The notes under the pieces: model-generated
Told to the model about the DNA's origin: nothing
Databases searched by the model: none
Seen by the model: only the letters and a program-made list of their open reading frames with translations
Shown here: piece by piece, positions 30,890 through 40,882 of the stretch
Layout: each line of letters begins with the position of its first letter
Position numbering within the stretch: position 1 is the stretch's first letter
Source of the DNA: Gammaproteobacteria bacterium
Lineage (GTDB): Bacteria; Pseudomonadota; Gammaproteobacteria; Steroidobacterales; UBA11654
Direction of reading: 5' to 3'
Assembly (NCBI GenBank): GCA_029242945.1
Contig: JAQWSZ010000017.1
Span: forward strand, 14,970 to 78,969
DNA length: 64,000 nucleotides
Program-made: the position numbers and the translations under genes

Positions 30890-32158
30890 ATGAATCAAGA
30901 AAATAGTAATAGTAATCAGGAAAATAATTTAATGCAGTCTTTTCGGCAAATACCAGGATCGTCTTACAAGGTCTTTTTTATCTGCTTAATTGGGGTGACA
31001 TTTGCAAATTTAGATCACTCCATATTTATTTTAGTGAGCGAAAAATTCCAAGAAGATTTTGGCTGGGCACTTACTGATGTGGGATGGTATGTTGCAATCA
31101 CATTTTTTATTTCAGGAATACTTTGCACCCAAGTAGGTGTACTAACTGATCGTATTGGTAGGAAAAAATCATTACTTATTTCAACTTTTTTAACTCCTAT
31201 TTTTGTTGCATACCTAGCTATTGCTCCCAATACACTAGCGGTATTGGCTGCCAGAACATTGGGCTTTACTGCGGCAGGAGCTCAATCTCCCATTACACTA
31301 ACCACAGTAACAGAGTCTTCACCACCAAGATTTAGAGGTCTATTTACAGGAATTCTACAAATTGGTTTTCCATTGGGTTGGTTTTTTGCATCAATCTTAG
31401 TGGTTTTTATGATTGATACTTTAGGAATTAACTGGAGGTATACATTCCTTTTAGCATTTTTATTTGTCCCTTATGGTTGGATTATCCATAAGTATCTACC
31501 TGAATCTAAAGCATGGCTTGCAGCTCAAGATAAAAAAACTGATGATCAACCGGAGCCTAGTACCCTGATATTATTTAATAAAAAATTCAGAAGAAAGACT
31601 TTACTTTTATTCTCTGGCCAATTTTTATATGCATTTGCTTATGGTAGTACCTTAATGTTAGTGCTGTATTTTACACAATCAAGAAATTGGGAAATTGTAG
31701 ATGCAATTAAGATAGTAGGGCTTTCTTATGGAATAGGCTCATTTGGTTATATTGCAGCAGCAATTGTTGGAGAGTTTTTCTTAATAAGAAGAAATACAAT
31801 CATTTTATGGGCACTGCTAGGCGGGCTAGCTTTTATTTATTTAATTTGGTTTGCTGATTCTTGGAATAAGGTTTTGATTAGTTATGGGGTGATGACTTTA
31901 TTTTTTTATGGTGCTTACGCAGTGATGGCAACTTTTATTGCTGAAAACTTTCCAGCTGAGGTTAGAGCAACAGGAGCCAGTTTTTGTGGAACATTGGGGA
32001 TTAATTTAGGCTTCGGTTTAGGCCCACTAGCTATAACATATGCTGCTGTCGCCTATGGTTGGAATATGGCATATACAATAGTTGGCATTATACCTATAAT
32101 TCTTGCAGCTCTTATTTTTCTATTTTTGAAACCTGTGCCAAGAGAGGAAGTATTTTAA
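30890..32158 (+). CDS. MFS transporter (resembles aromatic acid:H+ symporter type)
   Basis: TDRIGRKK motif A, ESSPPRFRG, LPES and AENFPAEVRATG. ~12 TM segments. Confidence 0.88.
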   Translation: MNQENSNSNQENNLMQSFRQIPGSSYKVFFICLIGVTFANLDHSIFILVSEKFQEDFGWALTDVGWYVAITFFISGILCTQVGVLTDRIGRKKSLLISTFLTPIFVAYLAIAPNTLAVLAARTLGFTAAGAQSPITLTTVTESSPPRFRGLFTGILQIGFPLGWFFASILVVFMIDTLGINWRYTFLLAFLFVPYGWIIHKYLPESKAWLAAQDKKTDDQPEPSTLILFNKKFRRKTLLLFSGQFLYAFAYGSTLMLVLYFTQSRNWEIVDAIKIVGLSYGIGSFGYIAAAIVGEFFLIRRNTIILWALLGGLAFIYLIWFADSWNKVLISYGVMTLFFYGAYAVMATFIAENFPAEVRATGASFCGTLGINLGFGLGPLAITYAAVAYGWNMAYTIVGIIPIILAALIFLFLKPVPREEVF

Positions 32159-32191
32159 ATAAAGCTATTTTACTTAGGGATTGAACTGAAT

Positions 32192-33670
32192 TTACGGCTG
32201 TAAGCTTGCTGGTCTCAGTGGCTCAACATGCAGTTCCCAAGCTTCATGATCACCTGGCCCTTGGGGTCCAATTTTACCCTCAGCAGATTGGAGCAATACT
32301 TCTGGATGATGAATTACACCGCCTTTAATTATTAATTTGATATTCCTTGTAGCCTTGATATCTTCAAGTGGATTCCCCTTGATAACGAGGATATCTGCTA
32401 GTTTTCCAGATTCTATAGATCCAATCTTATCGGCAACACCAAGTGCTTTTGCCCCGTTAATTGTAGCTGCTTTTAACACAGCAATATTTGGTAAGCCAGC
32501 GTGCACCATTGCATAGAGTTCACGATGATATGCAAACCCTGGCAATAGAGTTGTATAGACCGGTTCATCCGTTCCTACAATAAGAAGGTTTTCACCGCCA
32601 AACTCATACAGTTTATTCAGCTCAAGGACACGTTGAGCATACTCTATTACATCCGATTCGGGTGGTAGCTCACCTCTTCTCTTAAGCAATTCTTGTGCGT
32701 AGGGTGTAAAGTATTTTGCCTCATTGGTCCAAACCATCTCTGCGCCAAGCTCTTTTCTTAGATTAACTCCTCCATACATTTGCAAGTTAGCGTCATAATA
32801 AACTTGATATTGTAGAATCAAATCAATCATTTGTTCCATATCAGCGCTTTCTTCACCGCCGCTACCCAACGTAATCTGATGTTCAAGACGATCTAGCCCC
32901 ATTAAAATCGCATCTCTAGGATGCACATCATATTCCCATTCATAATTGGCCAGATGTCCTGTTGTTGTCATACCATTTTTATGTGCTTGTTCGATTAAAA
33001 TTTTGGTTTCACCGGGCGTAGCTTGTTTGATTTTGATACTGATGACGCCATGTTTTGACCATTTATCAACTTCAGAACGTATCTCTTTTTCTGAGATATC
33101 ATTTGGCCAAGCAGAGCAATCATCTTCTGCGGTTTTAACACTGTATTCGCATCTAAATCCACCAAAATAGGGTCCGGAAGCGAAAAGCCTCGGACCAATT
33201 GCTTTACCATTGTCTATCAAGTCTCGCTGTTTAAGAACTCGTTCGGGGTAATATTCACCAGCAGACCAGGTTGATGTCACGCCATTTGCCAAGAATATAA
33301 TGCCATTGTTGATCACTTCTTCAGCGCGACCAACATCGACGAGATCAAAATTATAGTGTGCGTGCAGATCAATCATGCCAGGTAAAATCGTTTCAGAGTC
33401 AGCCAGGTCTATAATGTTAGTTTCTAAAAGAACATTCTCATCTATATTTGCATCAATGCTAATAATTTTTCCCTCTCGAATCATAATACCTTTATTTTTT
33501 TTGAGAGAATTACTGATACCATCGAACAACCAACCTCCTCTAATTAAGGTGTCATCTGATGGCGGAATTGACCATTGTGCATATGCATTAGATGATAATA
33601 AGAATAGAATGAGAGCTGATGTATTGATTAACTGAGTAATCAAAAAGTTAATTCTGTAATTAGGCTTCAA
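32192..33670 (-). CDS. secreted amidohydrolase-family metallohydrolase
   Basis: LPGMIDLHAH, GVTS, IKIK, LEH, GTD and GSIESGKLADILV. Probable TTG start at 33670 overlaps the upstream stop and gives a signal peptide ending AYA-Q. Start uncertain. Confidence 0.82.
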   Translation of the reverse strand: MKPNYRINFLITQLINTSALILFLLSSNAYAQWSIPPSDDTLIRGGWLFDGISNSLKKNKGIMIREGKIISIDANIDENVLLETNIIDLADSETILPGMIDLHAHYNFDLVDVGRAEEVINNGIIFLANGVTSTWSAGEYYPERVLKQRDLIDNGKAIGPRLFASGPYFGGFRCEYSVKTAEDDCSAWPNDISEKEIRSEVDKWSKHGVISIKIKQATPGETKILIEQAHKNGMTTTGHLANYEWEYDVHPRDAILMGLDRLEHQITLGSGGEESADMEQMIDLILQYQVYYDANLQMYGGVNLRKELGAEMVWTNEAKYFTPYAQELLKRRGELPPESDVIEYAQRVLELNKLYEFGGENLLIVGTDEPVYTTLLPGFAYHRELYAMVHAGLPNIAVLKAATINGAKALGVADKIGSIESGKLADILVIKGNPLEDIKATRNIKLIIKGGVIHHPEVLLQSAEGKIGPQGPGDHEAWELHVEPLRPASLQP

Positions 33671-36416
33671 TATATTTTTCAAAATCGCATGTGTAGTCAT
33701 GAAAAGTATGATTAGGTTCATAGCCAAAAGGTTTCCAGCCTATATGACCATAGCCTCCAGCAATAGATGTCGGCTTAATTAGCCCACCTGTTTGAACTAC
33801 TGCACCAAAATTTTGTCTATTCCTAAACATCATTGGGTCCCAGCCATGATACATATAAAGCATATTTGGCCCCATGGCTGAAGTGACATGAGCCTGTGCT
33901 ATAAATGAACCAGCCTTATTGTGAACTTTAATGAGTTCACCATCGCTTACCCCTTTATTTTTTGCATCATCAGGGTTTATATAAATATCAGGCTCTCCTC
34001 TTTGTAAGCTGAGTAAGAAACTATCATCTCTCCACATACTATGAATACCATGTCTTGCATGACCCATAAGCATCTTCATGGGATAACCTTTATTAACAAG
34101 TGCATCCTTATGTCTGGGTAAAACTTCATCAAACTCAAAAAACCATTCATGATCAATATAAAATTGTTGTCGATGAGTAAGGGTTTTATAACCAATTTTT
34201 TCATTGACGCTGTCAAAAATATCTGAGTAATAGGGTGATTCCTTACTGTGCATCGTTGTTTCTGAACCCTTGTTTCTAATAAAACCTTTTTCAGCAAGCT
34301 CATCATAAGAGACATTTTGTATGCCACTGGTATTATTGAGAAGAAATTGAATCACTTCCTTAACGGATGTGATGGCTCCATTATCAGTGTAATCATCATG
34401 ATATTTTTTAAAGTCTCTTTTGATTGGAACTCCTATGACATTATCGTCAATTGGTTGGAGATTTCTCTCTTTTGCCCTTTGAGCTATAGCTTTTGTCAGC
34501 TTTTCATAAGCAGCCCAATCATCTATGCATTCTCCTAAGGGTTCAACCGCCTTATCAATCACTTGCATAAAAGGCGTTCTAGGTTCTAAATGAAAATCAT
34601 GTTTTTCATAATGATGTGCTATTGGTAGAACGTAGTCTGAGTACATTGCTGTTGTTCCCATATCAGTTGCAAAAGTGACTATTGTATCTAGTTTACCAAA
34701 GGCAGTTTCCCTCCATCGTTTTCCAGATGAACGCCACGCCGCTGCATTAGTTCCTGAAAATATTCCCATCTTCCATGGAACTTTTGAGTAGTCTGGAAAC
34801 CAACCATTTTTGACAGATTGATTAAAGTAATCATCCATCTCTCCTGCTAACTCTTTGCCATAAATATCTTCATTAAATTCTTTCATATTGGCATGAACAT
34901 AATCCCATCTCGAGAGAGTTGCCACTCTAAAAGCAGCAGCCGGATTTTTCATTGCAAATGGAAATACCGCATCGTCTTTTGCAAGATTTGTAATCGTGAG
35001 GCCTCCACCTTCTTTACCTGTATTACCTGTAATACAGAGTAATAAAAAGAAAGCTCTCTGCAGAAGGTCGCCATGAATATATTTTGAAGCACGATATCCA
35101 GCATAAATCATACTAGGCTTTGCTTTTGCAAATTTTCTAGCTACCTCTCTGATTACTTCAGCATTAATACCGGTAACCTCTTCCGCCATTTCTGGTGTAT
35201 GTTCAGCCGCTCTCCTTTTGGTTAATTCGAAGATGGTTGTCACTTCTACAGGGCCATTATTAGTTTCAACCGTCCATTCTCCTTCTAAAGCTGGATTTAT
35301 GCCTTCCAAGGCAATTGAAGGCATTTCAATCAGATGTTCCGGTGTTCCAGGTGCAACTGGTGGCGTTCCTGTTCCTGGTGCAGCGACTAAAGATTTACTG
35401 GCAAGGTCCCAAACATAGAATAGATTATCTTTTGCATCAGTTGAGCTTCTCAAATCTGTTTCTCTTAAGTATTTAAGATTATCCTTTCTCACCAAAAAGG
35501 GCAGATCTGATTGTTCTTTCATATAAGCAGTGTCGTAAGTTTTATCTTCTAATATCGTATTAACCATAGCCATGGCTAAAGCAATATCACTGCCAGGTTT
35601 AGGATTTAACCACTTACTTGCATGCATTGCAGTAGCATTGAAGTCAGGCGATATTGAAATAACTTCAGTACCATTATATTTGGCTTCCCAGAAAAAATGA
35701 GAATCTGGAATACGAGTTACAGCAGGATTACAAAACCAAATTAAACAGCATTTTGATTTATAGATTTCAGCCATGGTATTGCCCAAAGTGACATGACCAA
35801 ATGTAATGTGTGCACCTGAGAATAAGTCACCAACACCTGCAAATGCTTCAGGCATTTGCACTCCACTGATATTCGCAAATCTTAGTAAGCTAGCATAGGA
35901 TGCTCTTTTCATAACCATTTGCGTACCGAGGCCACAGGTTATGGATTCCGGTCCATGTTCAATACTGTAATCTAGAAATTTATCCGCTACTTCTAACATG
36001 GCCTGATTCCATGTAATTCTTTCCCATTTCCCTTCACCTCTATCACCTACGCGTTTTAGCGGGTAGAGAATCCTTTGTTTGCCATACATGTATCTGGAAT
36101 GGCTCAAACCTTTCTGACAACCTCGGGGACCGTAATCAGGTGCATCACTGGATGTTCCATATTCTCCTTGTTGTTCCTCTCTCCAAACAACCCCGTTCTT
36201 CACAAAAACATTGAATGCGCATTGACCTGTGCAATTGGTTCCATGTGTTGAATGAGTAATGCTATCCCAGGTCCATTTTTTTCTAGCAATGTCTTCCCAG
36301 GATCTGTAATTAATGTTTTTATCTTGAGCAATTACAGCATTCGAATAGTGAAGAGATAGTCCAGCGCCTGCTCCGAGTAAAAAATTTCTTCTAGAGGTTT
36401 TTATCTGTTTATCCAT
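33660..36416 (-). CDS. Tat-exported molybdopterin oxidoreductase alpha subunit, DMSO reductase family type II (EbdA/S25dA/DdhA/SerA/PcrA-like)
   Basis: SRRNFL Tat motif, HGTNCTGQC...PRGCQKG FS0 ligands, GD (Asp Mo ligand), NPAVTRIPDSHF and HGIHS. Confidence 0.9.
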   Translation of the reverse strand: MDKQIKTSRRNFLLGAGAGLSLHYSNAVIAQDKNINYRSWEDIARKKWTWDSITHSTHGTNCTGQCAFNVFVKNGVVWREEQQGEYGTSSDAPDYGPRGCQKGLSHSRYMYGKQRILYPLKRVGDRGEGKWERITWNQAMLEVADKFLDYSIEHGPESITCGLGTQMVMKRASYASLLRFANISGVQMPEAFAGVGDLFSGAHITFGHVTLGNTMAEIYKSKCCLIWFCNPAVTRIPDSHFFWEAKYNGTEVISISPDFNATAMHASKWLNPKPGSDIALAMAMVNTILEDKTYDTAYMKEQSDLPFLVRKDNLKYLRETDLRSSTDAKDNLFYVWDLASKSLVAAPGTGTPPVAPGTPEHLIEMPSIALEGINPALEGEWTVETNNGPVEVTTIFELTKRRAAEHTPEMAEEVTGINAEVIREVARKFAKAKPSMIYAGYRASKYIHGDLLQRAFFLLLCITGNTGKEGGGLTITNLAKDDAVFPFAMKNPAAAFRVATLSRWDYVHANMKEFNEDIYGKELAGEMDDYFNQSVKNGWFPDYSKVPWKMGIFSGTNAAAWRSSGKRWRETAFGKLDTIVTFATDMGTTAMYSDYVLPIAHHYEKHDFHLEPRTPFMQVIDKAVEPLGECIDDWAAYEKLTKAIAQRAKERNLQPIDDNVIGVPIKRDFKKYHDDYTDNGAITSVKEVIQFLLNNTSGIQNVSYDELAEKGFIRNKGSETTMHSKESPYYSDIFDSVNEKIGYKTLTHRQQFYIDHEWFFEFDEVLPRHKDALVNKGYPMKMLMGHARHGIHSMWRDDSFLLSLQRGEPDIYINPDDAKNKGVSDGELIKVHNKAGSFIAQAHVTSAMGPNMLYMYHGWDPMMFRNRQNFGAVVQTGGLIKPTSIAGGYGHIGWKPFGYEPNHTFHDYTCDFEKYIEA

Positions 36417-36442
36417 AAAGCTAATTTAACATAAAGTTCCTT

Positions 36443-37084
36443 TTAAGAGTTATGTTGCCCAGGAATAACTAATATTTTTCCGCTTGCTTGACCAATTGCA
36501 AACTCAACTAAATTCATTCGATCATTGCCAAAAAACATTTTATCTTCAACAAACATAGTAGGTGAGCCAAAACCACCTCTATTAATTAATTCTTGAGCAT
36601 TACTTTTTAATTCTTTTTCATAATGACCAGTTTCAATTACCGCTCTAAATTCTTTTTTATTCAAATCTAATTTTTCAGCTATTTCTAGTAATATCTCTAT
36701 ATTTGAAATATCTAAAGACTCTCCAAAATAAGACTGGAATACCAACCCACTGTATTTGTAGATCTTTCCTTTTTCTATTGCGTAGAGAGCACCTTGGAGT
36801 GCTTTTTTTGAAACTTCATGTCCTATATCTTTTTGTATTTTAATTTTTAGACTGCAATAATTGGCCCAATCTTGAAGGTCTTTGGTTTGATAATTAGACA
36901 CTGCTGGAAGAGTCTCTGTTAGTTTTTTCTTAATCAATGAACGGATTAGAGTGATTTCAATTGGTTTCCAGTTTATTAGAGATGCAGTTCTTAAAACAGT
37001 TTGGTTGAGTCTTTTGTAGCTGAGATATGTCCATGGACAAGAGTAATCATAGTAATAATCAACTGTAATTTGTTTTTCAGCCAT
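36443..37084 (-). CDS. DsbA-like kappa-class GST / 2-hydroxychromene-2-carboxylate isomerase family protein
   Basis: YYDYSCPWTYL and RGGFGSPTMFV...FFGNDRM. Confidence 0.85.
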   Translation of the reverse strand: MAEKQITVDYYYDYSCPWTYLSYKRLNQTVLRTASLINWKPIEITLIRSLIKKKLTETLPAVSNYQTKDLQDWANYCSLKIKIQKDIGHEVSKKALQGALYAIEKGKIYKYSGLVFQSYFGESLDISNIEILLEIAEKLDLNKKEFRAVIETGHYEKELKSNAQELINRGGFGSPTMFVEDKMFFGNDRMNLVEFAIGQASGKILVIPGQHNS

Positions 37085-38616
37085 CAGCTTATTTTTCTTA
37101 ATTCTGTTTTTAATACTTTTCCATTGGCATTTCTTGGTATTGAGTCAATATGAGAAATGATTTTAGGAATTTTAATTTTCGAAATCTTGCCTTTGCAGAA
37201 TTTTTCTAAATCTTCTTGTTTAAGGGGTTTTTTATTTTTTGTTACAACAAAAGCTTTCAATGATTCACCCCATTTTTCATCAGCAATACCAACAACAGCA
37301 ACATCTGTAATATCAGGATGATCATATATTACTTCCTCTATTTCCCTAGGGTAGATATTGATCCCCCCTGAGATAACCATATCTTTCTTGCGGTCAACAA
37401 TATAGAGATAACCGTCCTCATCTTTTTTAGCCAGATCACCCACCGTAAGCCATCCTGACTGAATCGCTTCGTCAGTTTCTTCTGGTCTATTCCAATAACC
37501 ATTGAATAAATAAGGGCTAGTTGAAAATAGTTCTCCAACTTCTTCAGGACCACATTCTTCGCCTTCTTCATTGAGAATCTTTATCGATGTTAATGGAAAA
37601 GCTTGGCCAACACATTGTTGTTTTCTTAATTGATCTTTTGGTCGGAGATTGGATATGATTCCTCCTTCAGTTGAACCATAGGTTTCATGAAGCATTCCTT
37701 CTCCAAATGTTTCAACTATATCTTCTTTAATTTTTTGTGGAAGAGCAGCAGCATTTGAAATAATGGTAGATAAAGATTCACTATAGTTATTAGTCAGCAA
37801 GTTTTTTTCTAAACCAAGGATTCCATGAAAATGCGTAGGAACTCCAAAAAACCCCGTGATGTTTTCTTCTTTGAAGGTTTTAACTATGAGTTCAGGGTTA
37901 AACCCATCCATAATTTGTGCGTAACCTCCGAAGAAAATTGGTGCCAATGAAAATATCATTCCAGCACCATGACACATAGGAGCTATAGCTAAAAATCTAT
38001 CATCAGGAGAATAACATCCATATTCAACAGCCATTGCAAATAAAGTGAGGATTCTGGATCGGTGAGGAACTAAAACACCTTTTGGCTTTCCTGTTGTGCC
38101 TGATGTATAAGGCATAGTAAAAACATCCCATTCTTGAACAAGAGGTATTTCATTATTTGGTCTTGATAGTTGCATCCAGTTTTCAAGTTGAGTTTCAATA
38201 ATTATAATTTTCTTAACGGTTTCAAAGTCATAATCCAGAAGCGAGGCTGAATTAGCTTGATCTGTAAACAGTATATTGGCCTGCGCATCATCACAAATGG
38301 CCTTAATTTCTGGTGCTGAAAGTTTAGGGTTAATGGTAGCTATTGGCACGCCTGCTTGTGACGCACCTAAAATAATTTCCATATATTCAATTGAGTTGCT
38401 AGCAACAATCGCGATGTTATCTTCACTGCTCAAGTTAAAATCATGTATTAAGCCATTAGTAATAATATCCATTCTATTAACAAGAGCACGATAAGTTCTT
38501 TCATTGTCCCAATGCTTTAAAGCAATTTTTTCAGGGTTTCTTGACATAGCCGCTCTAATGCCACCAGCAATGGATAAATGTCTGAATGTTTTGGGTATTT
38601 GGGTCAAGTCAGCCAT
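37084..38616 (-). CDS. acyl/aryl-CoA ligase (ANL adenylate-forming family)
   Basis: YTSGTTGKPKG, YGSTEG, TVGDLA, DRKKDMVISGGINIYPREIE and PRNANGK. Confidence 0.92.
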   Translation of the reverse strand: MADLTQIPKTFRHLSIAGGIRAAMSRNPEKIALKHWDNERTYRALVNRMDIITNGLIHDFNLSSEDNIAIVASNSIEYMEIILGASQAGVPIATINPKLSAPEIKAICDDAQANILFTDQANSASLLDYDFETVKKIIIIETQLENWMQLSRPNNEIPLVQEWDVFTMPYTSGTTGKPKGVLVPHRSRILTLFAMAVEYGCYSPDDRFLAIAPMCHGAGMIFSLAPIFFGGYAQIMDGFNPELIVKTFKEENITGFFGVPTHFHGILGLEKNLLTNNYSESLSTIISNAAALPQKIKEDIVETFGEGMLHETYGSTEGGIISNLRPKDQLRKQQCVGQAFPLTSIKILNEEGEECGPEEVGELFSTSPYLFNGYWNRPEETDEAIQSGWLTVGDLAKKDEDGYLYIVDRKKDMVISGGINIYPREIEEVIYDHPDITDVAVVGIADEKWGESLKAFVVTKNKKPLKQEDLEKFCKGKISKIKIPKIISHIDSIPRNANGKVLKTELRKIS

Positions 38617-38622
38617 AATTAA

Positions 38623-39477
38623 TTAATCAAGGTTAAATACTTTTATAGCATTGTCTCTCAGCATCAGTTGTTTTGATTCTTCTTTCAGGTTTAAGTTATC
38701 AACCTCCTCAATTGCTCGAATGGGGTCAATCACTGGCCAGTCTGTGCCAAACATTACCTTATGGCTTCCATATGAGTTTGCATAATGAACAAAAGATTTA
38801 GGCCAATATTTAGGAGCATAAGCATCGCCTGCTGTATATATGTTTTCATGCTTCCAGCACATAGAAATCATTTCTTCTGTCCAAGGTATACCTATATGAA
38901 TTCCAATCAATTTAAGTTCTGGGAAATCAATAGCAACTTGATCTAGTAATATGGGCCTAGCTACGCTTGGCAGTCTTCTGTTTTTGGAATAGATTAGATT
39001 ATGACCAACTTGCATCATAATAGGGATATTAAGTTCACAGCACTTTGCATAATAGGGATAATACTTTCTATGATCCGGTGGTAATTCACACCAATGTGGG
39101 TAGAGATGAGCTCCAACAAAACCAAATTCATTAACAGCTTTCTCTAAATCTTTGAGGCCAGACATTCCTCTAAAAGGGTCTATTCCTGCTAAACCAGAGA
39201 ATCGTTCTGGGTGTTTAGTACAAACTTCATGCACTCTTTCATAAGGCACTTCAAATGATTCCGGCATTCTGATATCGCCAGCTCGAACAGCAATCAAAAG
39301 AGATCTTTCTATGCCTGCTGTATCCATCTTTTCTAGATACTGATCAACACTAACACCGCCTCTCATCTCTTTAGGCATTCTTACTTGTTCTTTAAAGTTT
39401 TCGTCTAAACCCGTTTGTCCAAGTTTAACTTCTTGTGGTGTATATAGGTTAACAACAATGTCAATTGTTCCGCTCAT
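38623..39477 (-). CDS. amidohydrolase_2 family protein
   Basis: HPERFSGLAGIDP, YYPYYAKC.EL.IP, FPELKLIGIHIGIPW and KVMFGTDWP. The usual N-terminal HxH is replaced by DIVVN. Confidence 0.85.
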   Translation of the reverse strand: MSGTIDIVVNLYTPQEVKLGQTGLDENFKEQVRMPKEMRGGVSVDQYLEKMDTAGIERSLLIAVRAGDIRMPESFEVPYERVHEVCTKHPERFSGLAGIDPFRGMSGLKDLEKAVNEFGFVGAHLYPHWCELPPDHRKYYPYYAKCCELNIPIMMQVGHNLIYSKNRRLPSVARPILLDQVAIDFPELKLIGIHIGIPWTEEMISMCWKHENIYTAGDAYAPKYWPKSFVHYANSYGSHKVMFGTDWPVIDPIRAIEEVDNLNLKEESKQLMLRDNAIKVFNLD

Positions 39478-39504
39478 GATAAAAATTCCAAGTATTTAAG
39501 GACT

Positions 39505-39542
39505 AAATTATAATACTTATCAAGTGATAAGTATTATAATTT
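39505..39542. repeat. perfect 18-bp inverted repeat (2-nt spacer)
   Basis: AAATTATAATACTTATCA-ag-TGATAAGTATTATAATTT in the 80-bp gap between the cupin and amidohydrolase genes. Confidence 0.85.
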
Positions 39543-39557
39543 CTTAATAGTTTCTTA

Positions 39558-40463
39558 TTATTGACCGTCTAGATCCCATGGACCTGTTGATTTGGAACGC
39601 ACTGGCAATCCTGCCATAACAGGACCTTGTGTTTTAGGATCATAATTAACCGCATCGCCTTTTACGATGACTTGTGAATTTAGAGTTACCCAATTGATAA
39701 GAGCACCATCTAGCCTAAATATCCAGCTTGCTCCCATTTCCTCACCAGTAACAAAATGGCCATGTTTAACTTTAGCAGGTCTGAAAAAATAGGTTCCTGG
39801 TGTAAATCGACCAAAATTGTAATCAAGGTGTCCAGTTAAAGTATAAGCTTCTTCAAAAATTGGATGATGGATTAGCCTATCATCTGTCCAACCAGGGGGA
39901 GCCCAACCAAGCATGGTAATAAAACCTTTTTCATTTTCACCTTCTGGTGAAGGATCATGATAGAGAATTTTCAGCTGAAGGAATCGTTGCGTATCACCTT
40001 CATAGATATTATCCATCCAATCCATTTTTGTAGAGTCACATATAGTTAAGCTTCCATGTTGATCTGAGCCAGTGTTTCCTCCCTCAGGGATAAATTCACT
40101 TTGATTGGCTTCTGAGACAGAGAAACCCCAATCTCCATATTCTCTAAAGAGAAGTATTTCTGTTCCTGCATCAACGGATATTTCAGGGACTCTAAGGCCA
40201 GCAGGAGCTCTCCAATACATTCCAGGCCCAAATATTTGATCGCCCATTTTAACTTTACCTTCAAGTACGAACCATTCAGTATCAGCTTCATGATAACCAC
40301 CCGGTCTATCCCATACGGTCTCAAATATAATTTTTGTTGAGCATGACCCATCTTCTTCATCATAAGAAAGATTTCGTTGCATTGCTCTTCCTGTTCCCCC
40401 ATGCATTTCTGCAGGGTGCCAACATAGATCACTTTGCTGTATCAGTTCTACATGTGGTCTCAT
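39558..40463 (-). CDS. bicupin protein (DUF4437/ChrR-like cupin)
   Basis: Two cupin repeats: GYHEADTEWFVLEG...GMYWRAPAG and HHPIFEEAYTLTG...PGTYFFRPAKVKHG. Confidence 0.7.
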   Translation of the reverse strand: MRPHVELIQQSDLCWHPAEMHGGTGRAMQRNLSYDEEDGSCSTKIIFETVWDRPGGYHEADTEWFVLEGKVKMGDQIFGPGMYWRAPAGLRVPEISVDAGTEILLFREYGDWGFSVSEANQSEFIPEGGNTGSDQHGSLTICDSTKMDWMDNIYEGDTQRFLQLKILYHDPSPEGENEKGFITMLGWAPPGWTDDRLIHHPIFEEAYTLTGHLDYNFGRFTPGTYFFRPAKVKHGHFVTGEEMGASWIFRLDGALINWVTLNSQVIVKGDAVNYDPKTQGPVMAGLPVRSKSTGPWDLDGQ

Positions 40464-40525
40464 AATATTTCCTTTTTGAAATTAAGTAAGGTTAGAATAT
40501 ATTAAACTTTTTATTTGATAAAGAG

Positions 40526-40554
40526 TTGTCAAAATATTTTCATTAAATGATAAT
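40526..40554 (+). promoter_or_regulatory. candidate sigma70 promoter for the 40585 ORF
   Basis: TTGTCA-17 nt-GATAAT, followed by GGAG before the ATG at 40585. Confidence 0.45.
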
Positions 40555-40584
40555 CATATATATTGATAATTTTGGAGTAAAAAA

Positions 40585-40860
40585 ATGTCAGAACAAAATC
40601 TTTCCTGGTCTGGTGTCAATGTAACAGTCACAGAGGAGTATCTAGATTTAACTCGCGTTTCAGTCAGTATGGAGCAAAGCAGAGCTTTTAGAGCATGGCG
40701 AATTCCTAGAGCAATAGAATTAGCTCAGAGAAATTTGGAAGCACTTGAGGCTGATAATACATCTGAAGAAGCACAAGCCATGTTAACTATGTATATTGGA
40801 GAACTCTTTTGTTGGCAAGAGGATGGCGAATTAGTAGAGCCTAAAGTCACGACAAACTAA
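40585..40860 (+). CDS. hypothetical acidic protein (91 aa)
   Basis: GGAG RBS, fills the gap between neighbours, no family recognised. Confidence 0.7.
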   Translation: MSEQNLSWSGVNVTVTEEYLDLTRVSVSMEQSRAFRAWRIPRAIELAQRNLEALEADNTSEEAQAMLTMYIGELFCWQEDGELVEPKVTTN

Positions 40861-40882
40861 AAATAATTGGGGGAGATTGAAG

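Noticed and set aside
33660..36416. Respiratory nitrate reductase NarG or perchlorate reductase
   Set aside because: Too short for NarG, no narHJI/pcrBCD/cld genes nearby, and substrate cannot be assigned from motifs.
40546..40557. Fur-box-like AATGATAATCAT
   Set aside because: Only 12 of 19 consensus positions match in very AT-rich DNA, and it coincides with a plausible -10 element.
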